A DNA stretch of 26,643 bases, from NCBI GenBank assembly GCA_002269645.1, contig NIVC01005088.1, positions 1 to 26,643 of the forward strand. The letters are read 5' to 3'. Positions 9,231 to 20,165 of this stretch are shown here, in pieces (within the stretch, counting starts at the first letter, position 1; each line of letters starts with the position of its first letter). Made by a program: the position numbers and the translations under genes. The notes under the pieces are model-generated. The model did not search any database, was not told where the DNA came from, and saw only the letters and a program-made list of their open reading frames with translations. The DNA is from Macrostomum lignano (taxonomy: Eukaryota).

Positions 9231-12200
9231 TTCTCTAATCCTTTAAAGTTATGACTGTAAGTTAAATAAACAAACACTAAAGCCTCCGATCCGATGATTA
9301 GTTAAAACTTATTAATATGCACAATTTAACAAACTGCGCCTCATCAAACTGGACCTGCATGGATTGCACCTGGCCCAGTAATCTACGCGGACTGGCTATA
9401 TGGACATTGCGCGCACACACACACACGGAGGCTACCCAGCCTCTTTGAGCTGAAACCCTAGCACACACCAATGGCCCAAGATCGAAGCCGGGACAAGAGG
9501 AGAGGCGGGCTCAGGTTGACGAAGATTTCGGTAGAGATGAAGCAAATATGTTAGCGGACGGGAGAAGAACGCCAGGAGAGCAAAGTGGAGAAAAGCAGCT
9601 AAGCCTGAGAAGGGATGATGAAGGGGGGTTTTCAAAACAAGAGGCAGCAGTAGAGACAGTCAGTGCTGCTCACTCAGCATCCTCCCCAAACCTCCATCAT
9701 CTCTCTCTCTCGTTCTCCGTCAATCTTTGTGAGCAAAGTCACTCAGCTCTATCCTGTAGCTATCTGAGTCCGCTGTGTGTGAGCAGCTGCTTTATGTAGA
9801 TACATATTTATTTGTCTCCTTATTTATATCTACCCTTGTACAATATCTAGCTACTAATAGACTCTGATTTGGACTGTTTAATCCTTTAATCCGGAAGACT
9901 TAGGACTTTGCAGCTCTTTCGCACATGTGGACGAATAAAATGGGACACCACACAGCAGAAACTAAATGAGATAAAGCGCAACAAGAGACGCTGAGAAGCA
10001 ACAAAGGAAACCATGGCTACTCTGCCTAAGGGATTAAATCCATCTAAATCGAATCCTTGTTCCACTTTTAACAGTATGAAAACGAAGAAATTGAATCGAT
10101 AAAGAGATTGCGAGGCGGATGGAGCAGGATACTCAGGTAGGAGAGAGTGAAGCTTATCAGCCCCTCTGCCTGGAGGCACAAAACTGCAAATTTAATTAAC
10201 TAAAATCTGGGTACTCATTTCTCAATATCGCTGACATTCTCGCCTCCTGTATTTCCTGTTTTGCTGTCCCATCGGGAGATAGATAAATGTCTTTCAGCTG
10301 ACTCAGTTTGACTCACTATGGAATCATACCTAACAAAATATGCGATAATACCAGCGACGAATGACTCATAGGTCACAGGTCGACATTCACCTCCTACAAA
10401 AGGATTTTTCTTATTTGCCGCCAGCTTTGCCTTCGTTTGCGATTTACTAAAAGACGAAAATGGCATCGGCAGTGAAAAATGACGCTTTAGGATCAAATCC
10501 GGCATTAACGGGAGCGGAGATTGGGATGTCATTTTTGGGGGGGGGGGTTACATATTCGGCATTTTCAGGCAATATAGCTTCAAGTACCGAACTGTCGATA
10601 GCTGAGAAGCAGTTGAGTAGGTGACGTCAGTGTTTTAAGGAGTGAGTGAAGCCGGGCCAAGGAGGAGTGAAGTCAACCTCCCCTCCTCATCCCAGGGAAG
10701 GAGAGACGAAACCTAGCCCTCCCCCCAACCACAGTTTCTTTGAACTGCTGAATGAATTTATTTCGCTATCTCTCTGTCTGCCCCATCATGCAGCCCAAGC
10801 CAGCCTCCTCCCCCTACCCCAGTCCACAGTCCAGACCAGGCAGGCCAGCAGAGCAGGCTCAAAATCCAAGCCCCCCCCCCCAGTAGTGTGCTATGTTTAT
10901 GCCGGCGCGAGATCGACGCCGCCGCCCCAGAACTCTAGCAACAAATCTAATTGGGTTTACTAGCTGGGCCCCGCAATGCAATTATGCAGAGAGCGCGAGA
11001 TGGCTGCTGGGGTGAGAAGGGGAGTCGGGATGGTAAGAGAGCTGGGAAAGAGGAAGAGACGGAGTGGAAAAACGAGTGTCAGTGTGGGCGAGTTTGTAGC
11101 GAGAAAAAAATGGGGGTAGGTTAGGTCGATTTGAAACTGAGATATCGTTAAGGGAGCCCCGTTGGATCAAAACGCAGTCGGCCAATCTCTATCTGCATCT
11201 CCTCTTAATATCCAGCGGCGCCCCCCCCTTGGGCGGCCTTTTTCGCAATTGAATTTGAACGCGACTCAGTTTTTTCCTGTGACAAACAAAGCTCGAGAGT
11301 TGAGGTTTGAGATAGGGCTTGAGTTGAGTTGGGATGGGGCAAACAGGAAAAGCGAGATGATGCGCCAACTAATAAATAGCCGCCCTTTTATCTCGGGATG
11401 ACTCGGATTCGGGATTGAGCAGGGAAATGGATGCTGCATCCAGCTTCCTGAGTTGAACACGGAAGTTAAACAGGATTAGTATAGTGTAGATTTTTACGAT
11501 GCAAAGCTGATATTTTCATTTTTCGACAATCTATCTAAGCATACACAAGTTTATTTAGAGACAGGTTTAATAATTAGGAAATTGTGCCAAGCAGACAGAC
11601 AGAGAAGGCTAGTGTTTAAAACTGATTTTTAGACGAGAGTTTAATACGACTAATTTAATCAGTTTTTGAAGCTGTATGAACCTTCTCCCGTACCCGACCC
11701 GTACGTTAGAGAAAACCGATCTTACATGCCTTCCCAGGCCTAATTGTTGATCCGTTGGTTGATTTAAGCGCGTACACAATGTTATATCCATCTATACTCT
11801 ATCAGTGATCAAGTTAAGACCAAGTCCCGCCAATACTACATGTACAACAGTATTGGGGGTGTGGGGCCCTGTGGGGCTCTGTCTGAGTTAGTAAAAATCC
11901 CAGGGTAGGCTTGTAAAATTTTAGGCCAAAAGCGCCGTTTAGGAATACCAGCCTGAAAATAAGAAGCCTTAACTAACACAGATAATGGTAAACTAAAGTG
12001 GTTGTTACTCGTGTATGGGCTACGGAGGGTTTAAAAGCGAGCAATAAAAATCCAGCGCCCCTCTTTTAACGATCGTGATAAGGAACGATTTTATTTTGTA
12101 GTAAATGATAAGACCATATATATACTCGCCCACAGTACTAGATTAATAATATCATTACAATGAAAGTATTATTAGTTAACCTTGTTTATCCGGTTTTATT

Positions 12201-12476
12201 CAGGGCCAACTTGACAAAAGGAGCGTTGAAATCGAAAACAAGTTACAATACCGCGAGTAAAAGCTATGGGGGGACATGCCAAGGCTTTACCCCCGCTCCA
12301 CCTAGTGCTAAGTGATCCATTATGGAAATAAACAATTTTGCTTATGTGTGTGTACGACTACGATTCACAAAATAATTTAGAAAACTTTCATTTAGGATTC
12401 ATGGTTTTGTCCCCATATAATACATGTGACGCCCCCTGTACAGGTGAGAACGAGAATAAGCAAGCCGAATACTTAC

Positions 12477-12644
12477 CCCCGTAATCGGAATCAGCTGACC
12501 GTTGAGCGCCAAATTGTGAGATAGCATCTGCATCTGTATGTTCTTAATGATGAGATTGTTGCGCCCATTCTGCAGTAGCTGCTCGCGCAGGTGCTGCGGC
12601 GGATGCAGGTACTTGCACGGTGGTTCTTTGCGCTGGCATTTGCC
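12477..12644 (-). CDS. mbl: Muscleblind coding exon 2: rest of ZnF2 and second NGR box
   Basis: Acceptor CTGCAG|GGC and donor GGG|GTAAGT; 168 nt, phase 0-0. Encodes GKCQRKEPPCKYLHPPQHLREQLLQNGRNNLIIKNIQMQMLSHNLALNGQLIPITG. ZnF2 spacing is CX7CX6CX3H, as in protostome Mbl rather than vertebrate CX7CX4CX3H. Confidence 0.96.
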
Positions 12645-13993
12645 CTGCAGAGAAAACACGAACACAACACAGTAAAAGAATTTATATTCCACTAGAAGAA
12701 GCAAACTTTTTCATCCATAGAATTGTAATACGATTTAGCATTCGTTCTAAAAATGCCCATGAGACCTTGTGAGTTATGAGGCTGTCTGTGAGCTAGTAGG
12801 AATTTTTTACGACTACAAAAATTTGTGAATCACTGCATTGCCAGTTGCCAGTTGCCATGTAATCCATTACTTATATTCTGTAAATAACGCAAACGGCAAA
12901 ATATTTGGTTGAAATTTTGTAATTGTAACTGTAAGTTTGTAACTATATGTCTGTTAGGACTCGGTTCAGGTAAAGGTGACGCTAACAGAGCAGAACTTAA
13001 AATCCTGCTGTAACCCTGTATGCGTATGCGTAGTTTCAGTGTGGTGGATAAGCCCATGCTTAAAACAAAATACAATTGGACAGGGCCGCGGCACTCAGTC
13101 TATAATTCTAAACGATTATCTTATCGCACTAAGCTTTATTAAGAACTTAAGAAGGCCTTGGCCGGGAAATGTCTGTCTGTCACAATCACAAAACGACGCA
13201 AGACACAACACTGGATTTACTCGTAGAATAGATAAGCTAAGAAAATTGAAGGAAAAGCGCTTGGAGATTTAAATTGAGACCTGTTAGAATAGTACAAGTC
13301 TAGAGAGGCTCAGTTATTCAGTGAAGTACAGAACCAGCCCTGGTAGCTAAACGGTCTAGATTCTAGCAGTTAGAATTTGGGAAGCAGTCCTATGAATACT
13401 ACAGCCCTTCCTTGACTTGACTTGGTAACATTTTATCTAGTATTCAAGCGGCGATCACTTAAAAAATAAAAAAACCATACAGCTGATTTTTATTGCTTTG
13501 CGTCGCGAATTTTCCATTACGCTCGCTTCGAGGAGAGTCAGGACGGAAGTCAAGCGATTTCATTAATTTTTATTGTCTTAAATAATTGGCAGTGTGGACT
13601 TGGCCATGCACGCGTGGTCCGTGAATATTCAATATCTACTTGTGCAGGGGAGGTCCCATTCCATACCATAGTCTTATAACTCTTATTATTATTAGACTAT
13701 AGTCTCCGGTATTGGGGGTGGTAATTTTGAATATACGAGTGAGAATCCGTAAGGTTAAGAGAAACAATGGTTGTTATTGTAATTGTCATAAGAATGCTCA
13801 TTTGAATATATGCGCGCGTACGCGTGATAGCTCGGCGACTATTTCACTACTTCAACTTAGTTTAACTTTTATTGAATAGCAATAAAATTTTTATTCAGGA
13901 AATAAGTCGCCTAACTTCTTTCTAGTTTTTGATATTTATATTCACGCTAAGCAAGCGTTACTACAATATTAAAACCAATATTAAGATTCTTAC

Positions 13994-14185
13994 CTTTAAC
14001 GAGTCGTAACAACAGACGACCCTGCCATTCTGCACCTCCAAGTGGGCCGGTGGATGGGCGAATTTGCATTCGTTCTCGGTGCGCGAGCACTTGTTTCGCT
14101 GGTATTCCCGGCAGACTTCAAGCGTTAGCCAGCGGCTATCTTTAATCTGAGTGAACTGCATCAAGCCAGGATTCACAATAGACAT
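13994..14185 (-). CDS. mbl: Muscleblind (MBNL family) first coding exon: ZnF1 and first half of ZnF2
   Basis: Encodes [64 protein letters not shown]. It has the hallmark WLTLEVCRE (LEV) box, CX7CX6CX3H and NGR box. It ends at AAG|GTAAGA (phase 0), the conserved DSLK|G intron position. Confidence 0.97.
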
Positions 14186-14699
14186 TACTTCCGGGCCTTC
14201 CAGGGTTGCTGTTTTTCGGAGAAGCTTGTTTTAAACAAATAACAATGATTTGTGATGATCGATATCTATTTAGCTAGCCTTTATAAGGCAAGCCAAACCA
14301 ACTATTGGCGCGAATATATTTATTTAGTAGCAACTCCCTAATTTTTAGCTCGGAGCCTTAATAGCCGCAGGCCAGTCACAGACTTGGGCAAAGACCAGAA
14401 AAAAGAAGTGTGGAAGCTATACTAGCGCAATTCAGCTGGGCCGCACAATTCGCTTCCTTATCATGCGCCTCGAAAATCGGCTGAGCAAGTGCGCTAGTAT
14501 ATTATATAATATAGGCCAAGAAGGATCCTTCGTTTGCACTGAATTGCTTATCCTTGTCCGAACTGCGCTCTGGGGCCTAGTCTTAGCCGAATCAAGGGGA
14601 AAAGGATTAAAAGGGAGTATGCCGGCTGGACCGTCGAAGGTTTGTTGGCGGGAAGGGCAGAAGACGGTCGGCATCGGCAGGTTCCTCTCTTTATTTGCA

Positions 14700-14830
14700 C
14701 ACAAACACGCGGAGCCCACCCCCACCCCACGCCCAGTGCAAATCTCGGACTGGCTGTCTAGTGTTGCCCACTGGGCTAGACGGCTCTAGCCAATGGCAGG
14801 AGGCCTGGGGGTCTCCTATTCAAATTGAAA
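14700..14830 (-). promoter_or_regulatory. Putative muscleblind promoter region
   Basis: CCAAT box (AGCCAATGG, ~14788-14796) and an Sp/KLF-type GGGCGTGGGGTGGGGGTGGG (14715-14734), about 0.5-0.6 kb upstream of the ATG. The TSS cannot be determined from sequence. Confidence 0.4.
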
Positions 14831-15328
14831 TAACAAACCAGCGCCAGCCCTAGAGCTTTAAATGCAGATTAAAGAAGCATTAAATAAAATGAAGGATTGA
14901 TTTTTAAAGCATAGCTTGCCTGACCTGACCGACTGCACTACCCGAGTGATCCAAATTCCATTTTAATAATTAAAATTTTGAGTCAACTTTTGTGACAATT
15001 TTTGTCAGTAGCACAGGCTTTCGCTGCTGTTACGGAGTATTTAACCCTCTACGGCTCTAGCATCTCTTTCTGAGCGTTAACTCAATTTTATTTCTATCTT
15101 TAATTCATTGAAATGTCTTCCATGTGTGGCTCAATAGCAGTTTGATATGTACTCAAACGTCAACTGTACTTAGATTTTCGCGATGTACACTCGAGAGAAA
15201 TATATCCAGGAGGAAAATAATTCCTCAAGTAACGTCATTGTGTTGACGATATTACATCTTACGAGCGATGCGGAATGACAGTCAATTACATCCAGCACTT
15301 TATGAGCTAGTCAGTTTTCACCACAAAT

Positions 15329-16378
15329 TTCAGGTGCAGGAAATAGGGTAGCTAGTGATTTCAGGTGCAAGGAAGAGGGTAGCCCAATCATTTCAGGTGC
15401 AAGGAATAGGGTAGCCTAAGGACTTCAGATGCAAGGAATGCAAGGGTAGCCTAAGGACTTCAGGTGCAAGGAAGAGGGTAGCCTAAGGACTTCAGGTGCA
15501 AGGAAGAGGGTAGCCTAAGGACTTCAGATGCAAGGAAGAGGGTAGCCTAAGGACTTCAGATGCAAGGAAGAGGGTAGCCTAAGGACTTCAGATGCAAGGA
15601 AGAGGGTAGCCTAAGGACTTCAGATGCAAGGAAGAGGGTAGCCTAAGGACTTCAGATGCAAGGAAGAGGGTAGCCTAAGGACTTCAGATGCAAGGAAGAG
15701 GGTAGCCTAAGGACTTCAGATGCAAGGAAGAGGGTAGCCTAAGGACTTCAGATGCAAGGAAGAGGGTAGCCTAAGGACTTCAGATGCAAGGAAGAGGGTA
15801 GCCTAAGGACTTCAGATGCAAGGAAGAGGGTAGCCTAAGGACTTCAGATGCAAGGAAGAGGGTAGCCTAAGGACTTCAGATGCAAGGAATAGGGTAGCCT
15901 AAGGACTTCAGGTGCAAGGAAGAGGGTAGCCTAAGGACTTCAGATGCAAGGAAGAGGGTAGCCTAAGGACTTCAGATGCAAGGAAGAGGGTAGCCTAAGG
16001 ACTTCAGGTGCAAGGAAGAGGGTAGCCTAAGGACTTCAGATGCAAGGAAGAGGGTAGCCTAAGGACTTCAGATGCAAGGAAGAGGGTAGCCTAAGGACTT
16101 CAGATGCAAGGAAGAGGGTAGCCTAAGGAATTCAGGTGCAAGGAATAGGGTAGACTAAGGAATTCAGGTGCAAGGAATAGGGTAGCTAAGGAATTCAGGT
16201 GCAAGGAATAGGGTAGACTAAGGAATTCAGGTGCAAGGAATAGGGTAGACTAAGGAATTCAGGTGCAAGGAATAGGGTAGTCTAAGGAATTCAGGTGCAA
16301 GGAATAGGGTAAGGAATTCAGGTGCAAGGAATAGGGTCAAGGAATTCAGGTGCAAGGAATAGGGTCCAAGATTTCAGA
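15329..16378. repeat. Intergenic 32-bp minisatellite (CCTAAGGACTTCAGATGCAAGGAAGAGGGTAG), about 33 copies
   Basis: Period 32 checked by coordinates; homogeneous core with divergent edges. Confidence 0.98.
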
Positions 16379-16989
16379 TAGCAAATAATTGAGTCGATAT
16401 TCAGCTAACTGAAATAAAAATGAGATAAACGAAAAACCTGATAAAGTTTACTGCGATGAGAAATTTTACGATGCAGTTTCGTACAAGTCTGTGAGTGGAG
16501 TAGCTGATCTCACTTCTCTAATTTAATTGGTTAAGTCATTTTTACTTGGCATTAAGCTTTGAAATGTATTTTTAGCCCAGCGTGTAGTAAAAATTTAAGC
16601 AGTAAAATTCACAAAATGATAATAATATAATATACAAATATACGAGCCAGATAATTAGCATTAGAAAATAGAATGCACATTAAACTTTAGATTCACAGAA
16701 AGTAAGCTAAAATATATTATATACTCGTATTTCCATTTGGAACACAATAATAATGACAATAATTTGGGACAAGACGCACACCAGTATAAGCAGTATTTAG
16801 TCAAGGAATGGACCGCGTGCAAATCAGCACAGATTTGTTAAATTAACATTGCGACCGGCACAACTGTATAAGCTTGGACGGGACAGAGCTCACAAAGAAT
16901 GAGTTCATAGTTTATTTGTGTTAACGCAAAAATATATTTAAATGTTTATATAATAAAATATCCAACTAAAAGCTAAGATTAAGCTACAA

Positions 16990-16995
16990 TTTATT
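16990..16995 (-). terminator. Polyadenylation signal of the CEP350-like gene
   Basis: AATAAA on the minus strand about 90 nt after the stop codon, followed by AT-rich sequence. Confidence 0.6.
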
Positions 16996-17085
16996 GGTAA
17001 TAATAAACGTGTTTAGGCGGCAGCGACCCGATCAAATATTCGAAACAAAAAATGAAACAATGGAAAACTTCCGGTTGGTCAACTC

Positions 17086-17241
17086 TCAGGACGCCCGACT
17101 ATGCAAGTCGCGCAGACAGATGGCCGTGTCTGCCAGCAGCTGGGCGAGCACTTCGTCGGCCACCTTCAGCTTGGCCTCGGTCTCGTCCACCTCGTAGTCT
17201 ACCCAGCCCGGCTCTTCTTGGCGAAGCTCTTCAACAAGAAC
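17086..17241 (-). CDS. CEP350: CEP350-family protein, last exon (DUF4378-like C-terminus)
   Basis: Acceptor CCCTCCAG|GTT, phase 0. Encodes VLVEELRQEEPGWVDYEVDETEAKLKVADEVLAQLLADTAICLRDLHSRAS*, matching the recalled CEP350 C-terminal pattern (ILVQELHEEEAQWVNYDEDE..VK..LAD.IFE.L..DT). Confidence 0.9.
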   Translation of the reverse strand, partial: VLVEELRQEEPGWVDYEVDETEAKLKVADEVLAQLLADTAICLRDLHSRAS

Positions 17242-17305
17242 CTGGAGGGTGGAGTGGCGAAATAATTTGAGGTATTAGGGATTAAGCAAGGTCTAATTCA
17301 ATGCT

Positions 17306-17597
17306 TCAGTGACTTCCGGTCAGTCTGTGGGTGTTCAACTATAGGCGACAGTCAGTGACTTCCGGTCAGCCTGTGGGTGTTCAACTATAGGCGACAGTCA
17401 GTGACTTCCGGTCAGCCTGTGGGTGTTCAACTATAGGCGACAGTCAGTGACTTCCGGTCAGTCTGTGGGTGTTCAACTATAGACAACAGTCAGTGACTTC
17501 CGGTCAGTCTGTGGGTGTTCAACTATAGACAACAGTCAGTGACTTCCGGTCAGTCTGTGGGTGGTCAACTATAGGCTATAGCCAGTGACATCCGGTC
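17306..17597. repeat. 46-bp minisatellite (CAGTCAGTGACTTCCGGTCAGTCTGTGGGTGTTCAACTATAGGCGA), about 6 copies plus a partial
   Basis: Period 46; fills most of the last CEP350-like intron. Confidence 0.97.
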
Positions 17598-17667
17598 GCT
17601 CTCTGTCCCCATTTTTCAAAGATTTCCAATGCTCCAAACACCCGAAACACAAGACCCAAAAAATTAC

Positions 17668-20159
17668 CTGGTCCACTCGATCGCATCGTTTCATTGCTGA
17701 CCAAGCTTGAAGCTTGCCGATGCGCTGGGGAGCTGGCTGAGGGCGCGACGTGTCCGCCGGTGACTCCGCTGTGGACAGCCGGCAAACGCCGGGCACGCCG
17801 GCCAGCCGCTGACGGACAGCTTCCACCAGCTCGGCCTCATCCGAGGGCGGGCGTCGGCGAAAGCGTGGCCGAAGAAAGTAGCGCGTCCGCTCCGGCGGCT
17901 CCCAGTCGGCAGGACCGACGGCCGCGGTCGGCGAGGCCTCCTCATCAGGCCCAGCGGATGCTGGCTCGACTGTCGGCGCCGGCGGAAGCGGTGGCGGCGG
18001 CAGCTGCAGGACTTCCCGCAGTTCGTCAGTAACCAGCTGGTGAATGCCCACGGCGAAAGCGCGCCCGGCTTTGGCGGCGGCCGCAACGACATTGGCGGCA
18101 GAAGATCTCCCACCTTCATCGTCCTCCTCTTTGTCTTCGTCCGACTCGACTGACGCAGCGACTGCTGCCGCCGCAGCAACAGCGGACGGGTCAAGCGTTG
18201 CCATGGCAACTAGGTCTTCAGGCGCCTCGTCGTCTAATTGCTGACCGGAGGACAGGCGGGCCAGCTGGATACGCAGCGAGTGGCCGGCCAGCTCGGCTAC
18301 CTCAGCTTCCGAGCTTGGCACAAGCGGCGTCGGAGGTGGCGGCGTCGGGGGCAGCGGCAGAGCCGGCGTTAGCAGACGTGGCAGCGGTCCCTCGTTGCGA
18401 TCATCGATGACCAACGATCGCTTTCCAGCTTCGGCAACATCCAGGAGGTCCTCTTCCCACATATCCTCGTCAAGCAGGCCGTGGCTGCCAACAGCACCTG
18501 CTGGTGGACGCGGCGGAATTGGAGGAGCCTGTTGCGGTGTCGGTGCGGTGGTGGCGCATCGATTTTGTCGCCTCAACTGCAGCGCTTCGTCCAGAGCTCT
18601 GCTCAGCAGCTGGTTGGTCAGCTCGTCGCTCAGTTGGTCCGCGCGCAACTCTGAGCGATGCAGCGAGGCCTCCTGAATAGCCGTCTCCAGCTGCTTATCG
18701 CTGGCCTCATCGTCGGCAGGCTCTTTGGCCTCCTTCGATTCCATGAGGTACGGTGGTGGCTTCTCATCGAAGATAAGCTCGTCCTCTTCGTTTTCATCGT
18801 CAAATGGCAGATCCTCGACAATTTCCTCTTCTTCGTCTTTGACTTCGACGTTCGACGGTTCGCGTTTCGCGCTGTCCTGCTCGGACGCCGGCTTGTCGCG
18901 AGTGGACGGGACCGAGTCGCTGTCGTCGCTGGCCTCGCTGGGTAGGTCAGACATCTCCGATGGGATTGTGCGGGCCGACATTGGCACGTCTTCGTCGTCG
19001 TCTTCTTCTTCGTCCGCGCCCGCCTGCTCGTTCTGGCCCGGTTTAATCTCCAACGAGGCCGGCTTAGTCGGCGACTTCGGCGGCTGCTGGGCCGGCCGTT
19101 TCTCGTCGTCGCTGTGGAAGCTGTACTCTTCATTAATCTCGGAGAAGTTCACAACGCGAGGAGTACGCGGTGTTCTAGCTGAGGTTGGTGCATCCTCGTA
19201 ATCGTCTTTGTAGTCGGCGTCTTCTTCCTCGTCGACTGCGGCTGCTGACGCCGAAGCCTCCTCGGCCTCCTCGTGCCGACGTTGGTCCGGCTCCGGCTCC
19301 GATACGGTGACTTGGCGCGAAGCTGTACGCACGCTGTCGTCTCTCGAGTCCAACACCCGCCTGCGCTGGCTGCTGCCAGAAGAAGTCGCCGAAGCCGCCG
19401 ACGGGGAGGCCTCATCGGCTTCGAAATCCTCTGAGTAGGCGCCGGCGCCAGCTGAGTCGCTACTCGGCGGGATGTCCTCCTGAACTGAGGCGGCGGCGGC
19501 GGCGGAGGCGGTGGGTACGACGCGGCGACTGCTGCTGACGGTGGCGGATGAAGACGACTCGGAAGCGGCGGCCTCGATCTCCTCGGTCATGCTGCTGGCC
19601 GAACCTGTCCGGCGGCTTCTGGCCGATGCTCTAGGAGTGGTGGCAGCTGTTGTTGGCAACTGCTCGGACACGGCATCGTCGATCTCTTCTTCGACGGCTT
19701 CAATCACCGAAGCTGTTTGGGTGCGCGGTGACCTCGCCGAAGCTGGAGCCGACGCTGGCGAAGCAGTTGACGATGCTTTGCGAGGCGAAGCTGCTGAAGT
19801 AGCCGTCGATGATTCCGAAGAGGCCGCGGCGGTGCGCCGCGATGCCGCCGAGGCTGCCGACGCTGTTGCCGACTTGGCCGAGCGGCGGCCGTTCGAAGCC
19901 GAGGCCGAAGCCGACGCCGACTCGGACGAAGTCTCGCTAGGTGTCGGCGAACCCTTCGACCGGCGTAAGTCTTTCTCTAAATCGGCAATGTTTTTATCGT
20001 AGGCCTCGATTCGGCGACGCAGTTCCCGTTCCCGCTGACGCAGTTGGTCCTTGGAGACGCGGCTGTGCTCACGTTTCAGTTGTTTGAGCACATGCTGACG
20101 CTCCTGCAACTGGTGACTCAGGGCCTTAATGCGGCTTTCGTATTCGGATACGTCCGTCT
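17668..20159 (-). CDS. CEP350: CEP350-family protein, large 2492-nt exon (coiled coil, acidic Ser/Ala-rich region, C-terminal domain start)
   Basis: Acceptor TTTGCAG|AG (phase 1) and donor CAG|GTAATT (phase 0). Begins (E)TDVSEYESRIKALSHQLQERQHVLKQLKREHSRVSKDQLRQRERELRRRIEAYDKNI, like the CEP350 SDIEGRIRALKDELRKRK coiled coil. Ends KRCDRVDQ, like RKKRDRVDH. Confidence 0.9.
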
Positions 20160-20165
20160 CTGCAA

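Noticed and set aside
8819-9277. ORFs NWDLTSR, GQIPVPT and KSQFLLV, and likewise ORFs at 25182-25535, 26153-26368 and 24264-24638
   Set aside because: The 21-bp or microsatellite units are open in several frames on both strands; this is a repeat artefact.
11830-12310. Possible MITE or hAT remnant (short inverted repeats; GTATTGGGGGTG shared with 13709)
   Set aside because: No convincing terminal inverted repeat pair or target-site duplication.
14186-17085. CEP350-like and mbl as a polycistronic operon
   Set aside because: A 2.9-kb gap with a poly(A) signal, a satellite array and promoter-like motifs favours independent transcription; it is not strictly excluded.
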